Assembly (NCBI GenBank): GCA_023251555.1
Contig: JAHEYN010000008.1
Coordinates: 11,535 to 75,534 of the forward strand
From: Bacteroidota bacterium
GTDB lineage: Bacteria > Bacteroidota > Bacteroidia > AKYH767-A > JAHEYN01
DNA length: 64,000 bases
Reading direction: 5' to 3'
The position numbers were made by a program, and so were the translations under genes. The notes beneath the pieces are model-generated. The model had not been told where the DNA came from, searched no databases, and saw only the letters and a program-made list of their open reading frames with translations. How positions within the stretch are numbered: position 1 is the stretch's first letter; the number at the start of each line of letters is the position of its first letter. Positions 32,076 through 40,308 of the stretch are shown one piece after another.

Positions 32076-32281
32076 GTTTCTTCAATGCCCTCTGCGTCAA
32101 TGAACGCCAAAATGCTTCAATAGTGTTTCACTACGAAAATTTGTTGAGTGTAAGGCATTGAAAAGCAATCAATAGAGTTAATGGGGTTGAATCCGGACGA
32201 GACCTCTGATAAAAGCAAATGGCCATCTGGAAGATTTTCTTTTTCCGGCAAATTCCAGGCTTGCACGGATGACCACCTTCC

Positions 32282-34189
32282 TTACATCGCTTTCCCATTT
32301 TCCATCCCTGCTTCTGTTGTCCAAGGGTAAGGATTGCTGTCGTCGGCATTACCCTTCTCCGTGGGAAACAAAAGATGGCGCAACAGGAAATCGGTGGCAA
32401 AAAGATGGTTTTTCATGTCGGCAAGGCAGCGCGTGGTTTCCTGCTGCATATGCGGAAGCAAAGCGTTGTAGTATGCGATTCCGCAGATAAGGTTTTCGCG
32501 GAACGACCGGAAAAAACGCATTTGTTTGTCGGTGACGGGAGCGGTGATTTTTTCGATTTCCCTTTTCAGGTAATTCACATACAGGTAGAGCTCGTTGATG
32601 AACATGTGCGGGCGGTCGAGGGCATTGAGCATACTGTCGCGTCCGTAGATATGATCCGTGATTTCTTTCAGCGTCATGATCCTCGAAAAATAAGCGAGAT
32701 TGGGGCCCGGGCAGATACTTGCCGCACTGAGGCCATGGGGTACGGGGATGTTATTCACAAGAAGAGCAGATACGGAAAGCCCTTCGCACAGACATTCTTT
32801 CGCTGTGAGCTGATCGAATTCCCTGCACAGCTCAGCATCATTTAAGCCTTTATTGCGCAGTTGTCCTGTTTTCAGGTGCTGGTACTGTCGGGATGCTGCG
32901 CAGATAGGTATCGGAGTAAATTCGGTATTGAACGCAAGAAATTTTTTGTAGCAGGGGCTGCCTGGCCGGCCCAGTTTAATCCGTTTTTTTCGCTGTTTTT
33001 CGGAGCTGCTTTTTCGGAAATTGTTGAGGGGGATACCCAAGGGAGAAGCGTCACTCAGGTAATAGTCCTCTTTTTGCGCCTTTGTGAGCTGACTCAGGGT
33101 CTGCCTGTCCACATTGGTGACCTCCGGAACCAACAGGAAGGGACTTCCCCATCCGGTACTGTCGAAGCCATAATAATTCAGCAGAAAATCGTTCTCCGTA
33201 CTTGTTCCTATCCCACCCTGCACACTGAATTTTAAGGGCGGGGGCTGCCCGAAGGCAGGGTAGCCTTTTGCTTCAAGGCCTGCGTTGCAGATGCGGAATA
33301 ATTCGACAGAAAGTGCGCCCCTGTTGTTTTTAAATTCTTCCAGAATGGGCCCCAGCAGCAAGCCTTCGGTGGCGAAGGCATGGCCTCCGCAGTTCAGGCC
33401 CGACTCGAGACGGAATTCGGATACCCAAATTCCTTTCTTTGCAAAAACCTTTCCCTGAACGAGTGCGGAGCGGTAGTCGCTAACCTTCAGGATAATCTTC
33501 TTCCGGAGCTGCCCCTGCCCGTCGGGGTAAAAATCCCTGAACGACTCACAGTACGAATACAGGCGGGGGTTAAGCCCGGCGGAGAACACTATGGCAGAAG
33601 AAAGTTCGCTCATCGCAAAGCCGCGCAGGGCTGCCATTGCATCCGAATACTCGGGCGGCAGGGCTTCCCCGCTTTTGGAATAATTAGTTTTGTCGCATTT
33701 GGTCATGATGTTCACATCAATGGAACCTGCGGCAATTTTGTGTCGGAGTTTTTCCTGAAGGGAACTCTTCTCGGCTCCTTCGTCCATGCAGCGCATCTGC
33801 TCGAACAATATCCTTACGGGCGCATAGGAAGGCAGCAGCTCGAAGTATTTTACGATCTCCGTTCCCTCAGTGAATTCCTCTGCCCGTAGTTCCTCCGTTT
33901 GCCGCTTCACGATTCTTCCCAGCAGGTTCAGGTAAGCGGTAACCCGCAGGGCGCGGTGATCGGCCTCTTCCTCCTGGATGGGGCGGTACTCCTCTCCTTC
34001 GCGGATGCAATAGAACCGCCGCATCTGCTCCAGCAGATTATCTTCAATGATGGACACAACCGAACTGATGCCGAAACGGGCTAGCTTGGCCGGTGCATCC
34101 ACGGTATAGGCCAGGCCCATCACCGGAATATGGAAAGTGTGTGAGCTCCCCCGCATCATGAGTGAAATTGCATGCCGTGTAAAGGACAA
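32282..34189 (-). CDS. hypothetical 635-aa enzyme, C-terminal half TIM-barrel-like with FMN/phosphate-binding-type motif
   Basis: QGGIGTSTENDFLLNYYGFDSTGWGSPFLLVPE resembles the GGI...G.xG..FL phosphate-binding segment of FMN-dependent TIM-barrel oxidoreductases. CGGHAF motif upstream. No confident family assignment. Confidence 0.4.
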   Translation of the reverse strand: MSFTRHAISLMMRGSSHTFHIPVMGLAYTVDAPAKLARFGISSVVSIIEDNLLEQMRRFYCIREGEEYRPIQEEEADHRALRVTAYLNLLGRIVKRQTEELRAEEFTEGTEIVKYFELLPSYAPVRILFEQMRCMDEGAEKSSLQEKLRHKIAAGSIDVNIMTKCDKTNYSKSGEALPPEYSDAMAALRGFAMSELSSAIVFSAGLNPRLYSYCESFRDFYPDGQGQLRKKIILKVSDYRSALVQGKVFAKKGIWVSEFRLESGLNCGGHAFATEGLLLGPILEEFKNNRGALSVELFRICNAGLEAKGYPAFGQPPPLKFSVQGGIGTSTENDFLLNYYGFDSTGWGSPFLLVPEVTNVDRQTLSQLTKAQKEDYYLSDASPLGIPLNNFRKSSSEKQRKKRIKLGRPGSPCYKKFLAFNTEFTPIPICAASRQYQHLKTGQLRNKGLNDAELCREFDQLTAKECLCEGLSVSALLVNNIPVPHGLSAASICPGPNLAYFSRIMTLKEITDHIYGRDSMLNALDRPHMFINELYLYVNYLKREIEKITAPVTDKQMRFFRSFRENLICGIAYYNALLPHMQQETTRCLADMKNHLFATDFLLRHLLFPTEKGNADDSNPYPWTTEAGMENGKAM

Positions 34190-34378
34190 GCTTTGGTCAG
34201 GCTCAGACTATGATGCGGATCATGCTTTGCATTTTAGAGATTAAAAAACGATAGGTGAAAATTGATATTACATTTATAAGGGTATCCGCAGTCCTGCGCC
34301 TAAAAGTAAGCTGGGCGGCCTCCACCTGATACGCTGAGGCTGGCAAAGCAAAAATCACTATGTTTGCCGGCCTTATCA

Positions 34379-34449
34379 GGTCCTGTGGCCGAGTGGCCAG
34401 GCAGAGGTCTGCAAAACCTTGTACAGCGGTTCGAATCCGCTCGGGACCT
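34379..34449 (+). tRNA. tRNA-Cys (anticodon GCA), second copy, CCA not encoded
   Basis: Identical to copy 1 except one D-loop substitution (GGCCAGG vs GGCTAGG). A -7-like TATGTTTG box at 34359-34366. Followed by a terminator hairpin. Confidence 0.9.
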
Positions 34450-34457
34450 CTATAATT

Positions 34458-34486
34458 TAAAAAGCCTCCGAAAGGAGGCTTTTTTA
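34458..34486. terminator. bidirectional rho-independent terminator between tRNA-Cys copy 2 and the convergent cargo gene
   Basis: agcctcc gaaa ggaggct, T-run downstream and A-run upstream. Confidence 0.7.
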
Positions 34487-36376
34487 TTGAATGATTAGTT
34501 TGCCTGTTCCGATTGATTTATATTTATCTTTTACCTCATAAAAATATATGCCGTTTTGCATAGTGCTTTTCTTGATTTCTGAATTCGGGTTAACGATTTC
34601 AGATTTAAAAACCACACGACCAAGCAAGTCATAAATTTTTAGTTCTACATTCGAAAATCCGTCAAGATTATTTACTTGTAGCGTTGCTGATGTGCTGAGT
34701 AGATTGGGAGAAATGGTGACTTCTACATTGCCAGAGTGGACAATCGTAACTGTAATCACTTTGGAGTAAGCGAAATTGCCGTCAACATCAACTTGTTTCA
34801 ACCTGTAATAATTTATTGCCTGGAAAGGATTTTTATCTGTGAATGTATATAAGTTTGTTTGTGTGGAATTGCCTGCACCTTTCATTGTTCCAATTTCTGC
34901 AAATGCTTTCCCGTCTGAGCTTTTTTCTATATTGAAATAATCATTGTTAGGGTCCAAAGCTGTGTTCCATTGTAAAACTATGCTATCATCTATTTCACTG
35001 GCAGTGAAAGAAAGAATTTTTATTGGCAGAACCCCAGAACAAATAATACTTGACACGGTCGGGGCAGTGTTTGACAAACCACCCGAACCTGATGCACCGC
35101 CCGAACTTGATGCACCACCGCTGCCTGTGGTCGCACCGGAACTGGTGGCGGGAGCCGGGGGAGTTATGTTATAACAAGGAACATTACCTGAAGCATCGGT
35201 CTTGACTAAGTAGACATTCCAATCGAGGCCTGCCCCAAAACTTTCCGTATTTCCGGAAATAATATAACCACCATCAATGGTTTGTTGTATGGCATATCCA
35301 TAATCATCACCGAACCCTCCACTTCCGCCATAAGTTTGTGCCCATTGAAAAGTCCCGTCTGAGGCGGTTTTCACCACATAAGCATCCCGGTATGCTAACC
35401 CGAAACTGGTGGTAGAACCACTGACGATGAACCCACCATCACTGGTTTGTTGTACTGTATTTCCGATATCCTGAACAGAACCTCCAAATGTTTTTGTCCA
35501 TCCGATACCCACCCCGATATTCCCTACAGAGTTCGTTTTGATCAGGTAAACATCTGCCGATCCTGCTCCAAAGCTGTTCGTGTAACCAGCAATAATGTAT
35601 CCTCCGTCAGAAGTCTGACGAACGGCATTAGCTCTGTCATCGGCAGTTCCTCCGAATGTTTTTGTCCATTGCAGCGTACCGTCTGAAGAAGTTTTTAACA
35701 CATAAACATTATATCCTGTTGTTCCGAAACTGTCTGTGTTACCGGCAATAATATATCCGCCATCACTGGTTTGCTGAACAGACGCTCCTTCATTGTATAC
35801 TGTTCCGCCATAAGTTTTTGTCCATTGCAACGTACCATCAGAAGTGGTCTTTACCAAATAAACTTCCTGAAATCCTGTTCCATAACTTGTTGTAAATCCC
35901 GTAACGATAAAACCACCGTCACTGGTTATGTCTATTGATTCTCCCTGTTCGTTGCCAGCTCCGCCAAAAGTTTTTGTCCAAAGCAAAGAACCGTCAGATG
36001 CTGCTTTCAATAAATAAACGTCACTATTTCCAGCTCCGAAATTCCTTGTGTAACCTGCAACAATATATCCTCCGTCACTTGTTTGCTGAACAGAATATCC
36101 ATAATCCGAGTTCGTACCACCAAAAGTGTTTGACCATTCCAAAGTTCCGTCAGAATTTGTTTTTAATAAATAAATATCCTGAAACCCTGCTCCGAAACTA
36201 TAAGAATCGCCAACTATAATATATCCTCCATCAGAGGTCTGCTGAACGGAATAGCTATGTTCATCGGATGTACCCCCATAGGTTTGTTGAAAAGCTGTTT
36301 GTGCATAAGAAGTTATTACGCACAAAACAAAATTCAAAACTGCTATACTGAATGCTCGTAAAGTCAATGTGTACAT
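34484..36376 (-). CDS. T9SS cargo: SBBP-type beta-propeller repeat protein with Ser/Thr/Gly linker, conserved pre-CTD module and Por CTD
   Basis: About ten repeats of roughly 48 aa (GG...D.G.SVQQTSDGGYIIAG.T.SFGAG..DVYL.KT.SDGTLQWTKTFGG). Linker PPAPATSSGATTGSGGASSSGGASGSGG. Shared module ...VLQWNTALDPNNDYFNIEKSSDGKAFAEIGTMKGAGNS...YYRLKQVDVDGN.... CTD ending GIYFYEV...KLIIQ. Confidence 0.7.
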   Translation of the reverse strand: MYTLTLRAFSIAVLNFVLCVITSYAQTAFQQTYGGTSDEHSYSVQQTSDGGYIIVGDSYSFGAGFQDIYLLKTNSDGTLEWSNTFGGTNSDYGYSVQQTSDGGYIVAGYTRNFGAGNSDVYLLKAASDGSLLWTKTFGGAGNEQGESIDITSDGGFIVTGFTTSYGTGFQEVYLVKTTSDGTLQWTKTYGGTVYNEGASVQQTSDGGYIIAGNTDSFGTTGYNVYVLKTSSDGTLQWTKTFGGTADDRANAVRQTSDGGYIIAGYTNSFGAGSADVYLIKTNSVGNIGVGIGWTKTFGGSVQDIGNTVQQTSDGGFIVSGSTTSFGLAYRDAYVVKTASDGTFQWAQTYGGSGGFGDDYGYAIQQTIDGGYIISGNTESFGAGLDWNVYLVKTDASGNVPCYNITPPAPATSSGATTGSGGASSSGGASGSGGLSNTAPTVSSIICSGVLPIKILSFTASEIDDSIVLQWNTALDPNNDYFNIEKSSDGKAFAEIGTMKGAGNSTQTNLYTFTDKNPFQAINYYRLKQVDVDGNFAYSKVITVTIVHSGNVEVTISPNLLSTSATLQVNNLDGFSNVELKIYDLLGRVVFKSEIVNPNSEIKKSTMQNGIYFYEVKDKYKSIGTGKLIIQ

Positions 36377-36522
36377 CTTGAAGATAATTTGGAAATTTTA
36401 ATTTAAAAAATAAGACGGCATTTCGGGCCATCCTTCAAAGTTAAGTTAATTTTTTTTTGTGTTTGATTTTGTTTAAGTTTAAAGTTATAAGGTATTCATC
36501 CCAATCCGCCACCCACAGTGTA

Positions 36523-37530
36523 TTACTCCCCGGCATTGAGTTTAAGAGGGAATACTCTCTCCGCGGTATTGGTCACCGAGTAAAAAGTAATAGCGTAAAA
36601 AGTGCCCGGGACTTTCTCCACGTATAATTGTTCTGTATTAACATTGGAGAGTGCCTCCTTTTCCACGGCTGCTGCCAGTTCCTGCAGGCGTTTATCGCTG
36701 ATCTCAAAATTATTTTTCTTCGCTTCCATGTAGAAATCATAACTCATACTGCTCCCATGCTGGGAAACAAACGGTTTCCCGTCCTTATTCGTACATAGTG
36801 TTTTATACCTGTCGCTAAAGCCCATAGGGCCGGAAACAGTATAAACCACTGTGTTTTTTTCCATAGATAAAAGTTTAATCTTGTAATCACCAGCCACGAA
36901 AACTTTACCGGTATCCGAAGCCATGAAAGTAATAGCTTTGTATGCCACCGGCCAGGAAACCAGCATCTCTCCCTTGAGCGTGAAAGGGTAATCATCCCGC
37001 ACGGGCTCACGATCAAGATATGTCTTTATTTCACTGCTTCCGTAAGCAGGCCCGAATGAATGTTCATTGTCAAAGTAGCCCTTCTCAGCATACTCATCAT
37101 ACCTCTCTTTCGGGAGAATAACTTCCTGCCCTTTTGAAGTAGTAACGGAAGAAATAGTTATAAGCACATAGGCATCCCTCCAGCAGGGAATGTTCATCCA
37201 GTCTGTATTAATTTCCATGTAATCCACTCTCACCTGCCCGTTTTCGGTTTCGTAGAGAAATGCTCCCCCGGTACTGACCCGGGTGTTTTGCTTTACGGAA
37301 TCAACATACGAATCAAGGGCAGGGCCGATATCATACTTGCCATCAGGAGGAATGAAAGCCTGTGCGCGGGTCAGGACATCATCATTCTCTTCCGCCGGAG
37401 GACTTTCTTTGAGCTCTTTCAGCTGGTGCTGCATTATCCCGACAAGCATCGGGTTTGCTTCCTGTGCTGATGCATACATGATGACGCAAAACAGGATTAC
37501 GGTTAATAAAACTATTTTTTTCATACTCAT
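36523..37530 (-). CDS. secreted hypothetical protein (signal peptide)
   Basis: MSMKKIVLLTVILFCVIMYASAQ signal peptide. 335 aa, no recognisable motifs. Confidence 0.5.
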   Translation of the reverse strand: MSMKKIVLLTVILFCVIMYASAQEANPMLVGIMQHQLKELKESPPAEENDDVLTRAQAFIPPDGKYDIGPALDSYVDSVKQNTRVSTGGAFLYETENGQVRVDYMEINTDWMNIPCWRDAYVLITISSVTTSKGQEVILPKERYDEYAEKGYFDNEHSFGPAYGSSEIKTYLDREPVRDDYPFTLKGEMLVSWPVAYKAITFMASDTGKVFVAGDYKIKLLSMEKNTVVYTVSGPMGFSDRYKTLCTNKDGKPFVSQHGSSMSYDFYMEAKKNNFEISDKRLQELAAAVEKEALSNVNTEQLYVEKVPGTFYAITFYSVTNTAERVFPLKLNAGE

Positions 37531-37647
37531 GATTGTTTATTATTGCAGTGAAACGAAAATACAAAAAATCAATCAGGCCCGTCATCAAAAAAATTGCTCC
37601 CGTGACGGGAATCCGGGTATAATAGAACCGGTCATGGGTATTTACTT

Positions 37648-37678
37648 TTTGTTTATTATCTCTGAATAATTATTTTTG
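37648..37678 (+). promoter_or_regulatory. putative Bacteroidetes promoter (-33 TTTG, 19-nt spacer, -7 TATTTTTG) for the cytochrome c gene pair
   Basis: TTTG at 37648-37651, TAnnTTTG at 37671-37678. ATG at 37698. Confidence 0.35.
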
Positions 37679-37697
37679 TGCACTAAAATAATTCTTT

Positions 37698-38615
37698 ATG
37701 AAACGATTGTTTGTTCCCTGCCTGTTCATGCTCGCCACGTCAGCTATCCTGCTTGTTTCCGCCTGCAAGCTGTATTACACGCCCCCGGCTAAAACCGAGT
37801 ATAGTATTAATGCCAGCGCTGCAATGGAAGCCGAAGGTAAAAGGCTGGCTATGCTGATGTGTGCACCCTGCCACTATGATTCCAAAACCAAACAGTTTTC
37901 AGGGAAGAGAATGGAAGATGTGCCGGGCTTTGTAGGAAAAATATATTCAAGAAATATTACACAACATCCAACCAAAGGCATTGCAAATTATACTGACGGA
38001 GAACTTGCTTTCCTTATCCGTACAGGAATTTCAAGGGACGGAAAGCTGATGCCTTTTATGCAAAGGCCGAACCTCGCTGACCAGGATCTCAGGGCAATCA
38101 TCGCCTTCCTGCATTCCAAAGATGACCTGGTCCGCCCGCTTGACGCCGATCCGGGAAGGACACAATACACTATGCTTGGGAAAATGGGGATGAGCCAGAG
38201 CAAGCCCCTGGCTTATCCTGCAAAAGAAATTGCAAAGCCATCCGATAAAACAGAGCTGGGAAAATATCTCGTTGACAACCTGAGCTGTTATGACTGCCAT
38301 TCCAAAAGCTTTATGTCCATCAATAAGATGTTCCCCGAAAAATCCAAGGGTTTTATGGGAGGAGGAAACAAACTGCTTGACATAAACGGGAAAACCGTAT
38401 TGTCCCGGAACCTGACTTTCCATGAAACAGGAATAGGAAGCTGGAGCGAACAGGACCTCAGGCGGGCTTTAACCGAAGGTATCAGTAAAGACAACGTTGT
38501 TCTCGCATTCCCTATGCCCATGTTCTCGGATCTTAAGGATGAGGAGGTCTCCGCCATCTACGCTTACCTAAAGTCAATTCCCGCCATCAATAACAAGGTG
38601 AAGAGAAGCAGATGA
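37698..38615 (+). CDS. di-heme c-type cytochrome, probable lipoprotein
   Basis: Lipobox-like LLVSAC. Two CxxCH heme-binding motifs (CAPCH and CYDCH). Confidence 0.75.
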   Translation: MKRLFVPCLFMLATSAILLVSACKLYYTPPAKTEYSINASAAMEAEGKRLAMLMCAPCHYDSKTKQFSGKRMEDVPGFVGKIYSRNITQHPTKGIANYTDGELAFLIRTGISRDGKLMPFMQRPNLADQDLRAIIAFLHSKDDLVRPLDADPGRTQYTMLGKMGMSQSKPLAYPAKEIAKPSDKTELGKYLVDNLSCYDCHSKSFMSINKMFPEKSKGFMGGGNKLLDINGKTVLSRNLTFHETGIGSWSEQDLRRALTEGISKDNVVLAFPMPMFSDLKDEEVSAIYAYLKSIPAINNKVKRSR

Positions 38616-38986
38616 AGGAAAGCGCCTCCGTATTTCTTTCTGTCATTCTTCTTTTAATATCAGTAACTGCCTCTGCCCAGCCAGGCCCCCCGGGGAAAAA
38701 GGCAATTGAAAAAGCAGCAAAGGCGGAGTTGGCTGCCGGTAAAAACCTCTACACAAAATATTCCTGCGTTTCATGTCACGGGCCAACAGGCGCCCAGATT
38801 GGCGACCTTACTATGGCTTACAGGAAATACAATGACGAGCAGTTAAGAAGTTACATCACCAACCCCCGGCAGTACGGTAATATGAAAATGCCTGTGTTTT
38901 CAGGTGTCATTGCCGAGGCCGACTTCAGACCACTCATGGCCTATGTTAGGTGGCTTGGCGAAAATGCAGTCAAGGAGAAGAAATGA
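38612..38986 (+). CDS. mono-heme c-type cytochrome
   Basis: Signal peptide, single CVSCHG heme motif, downstream Met (NMKMPV) as probable sixth ligand. ATGA start/stop overlap with the upstream cytochrome. Confidence 0.7.
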   Translation: MKESASVFLSVILLLISVTASAQPGPPGKKAIEKAAKAELAAGKNLYTKYSCVSCHGPTGAQIGDLTMAYRKYNDEQLRSYITNPRQYGNMKMPVFSGVIAEADFRPLMAYVRWLGENAVKEKK

Positions 38987-39165
38987 AATTTCCGCGGGAA
39001 AAACCCGTGAAACCATTTGCTCCCATTTTTCGGAAATAATCTATCTTTGTTTTGAAAGAATCCGCATGTAGATTCTTACTTGTTGATAAGCTCTGAAGTA
39101 AGGTATCCGGCTTTGCGCGGATTCGGGAATTTTGTGAAAGAAGTGGGTGCTATCGAACAATAAAC

Positions 39166-39813
39166 ATGCAGGTAACTATGGAAAAACTATACAGAAAACT
39201 TCTTGACGGCAACAGGGAATGGGTTGCGAAAAAGCTGTCCGAAGACCCGGCCTTTTTCAAACGCCTTGCCAAAGGGCAGTCTCCTCCCCTCTTATGGATT
39301 GGCTGCTCCGACAGCCGCGTTCCTGCAAACGAAATTATCAATGCAAGGCCGGGAGAAGTGTTTGTACACAGGAATATCGCCAACATGGTGGTTCACGCCG
39401 ATATGAATATGCTGAGCGTGCTTGATTTTGCAGTCCAGCTGCTGAAGGTAAAACATGTGATTGTTTGCGGGCATTACGGCTGCGGGGGTATCCTGGCGGC
39501 CATGAGCAACAGGCAGCATGGCCTCATTGACAACTGGCTCCGCAACATCAAGGATGTGTACCGCCTTCACCAGCAGGAACTGGATAAAATAAAAGACAAA
39601 AAGAAAAAATCCCGCAGACTCGTTGAACTGAATGTGATTGAGCAGGTGCTGAATCTTTGCAAAACCTCTACCATTCAAAACGCCTGGAAAGAGCGCAACT
39701 ATCCGCATATTCACGGGTGGGTATATGATATCGCAAATGGAGTTATAAAAGATCTCGAAGTGTCGGTAAAAAACAATACCGACATGTCGGCCATTTACAG
39801 GTTTGACATATAG
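39166..39813 (+). CDS. can: beta-class carbonic anhydrase
   Basis: CSDSRV, HRNIANMV and VCGHYGCGG zinc-ligand motifs. Confidence 0.9.
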   Translation: MQVTMEKLYRKLLDGNREWVAKKLSEDPAFFKRLAKGQSPPLLWIGCSDSRVPANEIINARPGEVFVHRNIANMVVHADMNMLSVLDFAVQLLKVKHVIVCGHYGCGGILAAMSNRQHGLIDNWLRNIKDVYRLHQQELDKIKDKKKKSRRLVELNVIEQVLNLCKTSTIQNAWKERNYPHIHGWVYDIANGVIKDLEVSVKNNTDMSAIYRFDI

Positions 39814-39870
39814 CACAGGCCCAGTTTTTTAGTGGGCACTCCTGTACTGCAGATAAGTTCACAGAACCGC

Positions 39871-40248
39871 TCAGGAAAACTCCTTAAGCCATTTTATTGC
39901 TTCGGCTTTATCCGTAAAAACTTTTGAAGGAGGCTTGGGTTTGGTAATTGTAAGGTAGAAATTAACGAAAAATTTAGTGAAGGCGGAGGTGAGCATGAAA
40001 GCTCCGGCCACCACTCCTTCTGTACCCTGGTTCGAGAAATAATTCCTCGCCTCTATATCCATGCTCGCAACTCCCATATCGAGAATGAGAAGCGGGTATG
40101 ATTTGCCTTCTGAAAATTTCAGGCGGTCATCCACCACGGATTTTGCAATATCCAGCCCGATGCTAAGACCGGGTTTATAGGTAAGGATTAATATCCCGTC
40201 ATCTATTTCAAAATAAACATAGGGCGTTTCGAGGGTTTTACCTTGCAT
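39871..40248 (-). CDS. hypothetical small protein, STAS/SpoIIAA-like fold suspected
   Basis: 125 aa, alternating beta/alpha pattern (YVYFEIDDGILILTY...PLLILDMGV...). No catalytic motifs. Confidence 0.4.
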   Translation of the reverse strand: MQGKTLETPYVYFEIDDGILILTYKPGLSIGLDIAKSVVDDRLKFSEGKSYPLLILDMGVASMDIEARNYFSNQGTEGVVAGAFMLTSAFTKFFVNFYLTITKPKPPSKVFTDKAEAIKWLKEFS

Positions 40249-40308
40249 AAGCGGGGAAATATTTATTATTTAAATCCTTTTCAAAAAACACTGCAACGAT
40301 GTAAATAA

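Noticed and set aside
34379-34449. Second tRNA-Cys considered as a phage/ICE attachment-site duplicate
   Set aside because: It is a full-length tRNA and not a 3' fragment. No integrase, excisionase or other mobile-element genes lie in the bracketed interval.
34900-36300. DNA-level periodicity in cargo 2 considered as a repeat element or CRISPR-like array
   Set aside because: The periodicity reflects in-frame ~48-aa SBBP protein repeats. The units are imperfect at DNA level, have no spacers and are all inside one CDS.
37578-37609. 7-bp stem hairpin (cccgtca...tgacggg) in the divergent region between 36523..37530 and the cytochrome gene
   Set aside because: It has a long 18-nt loop and no flanking U-tract in a terminator-appropriate position. 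It lies in a 5' leader, so I did not call it a terminator.
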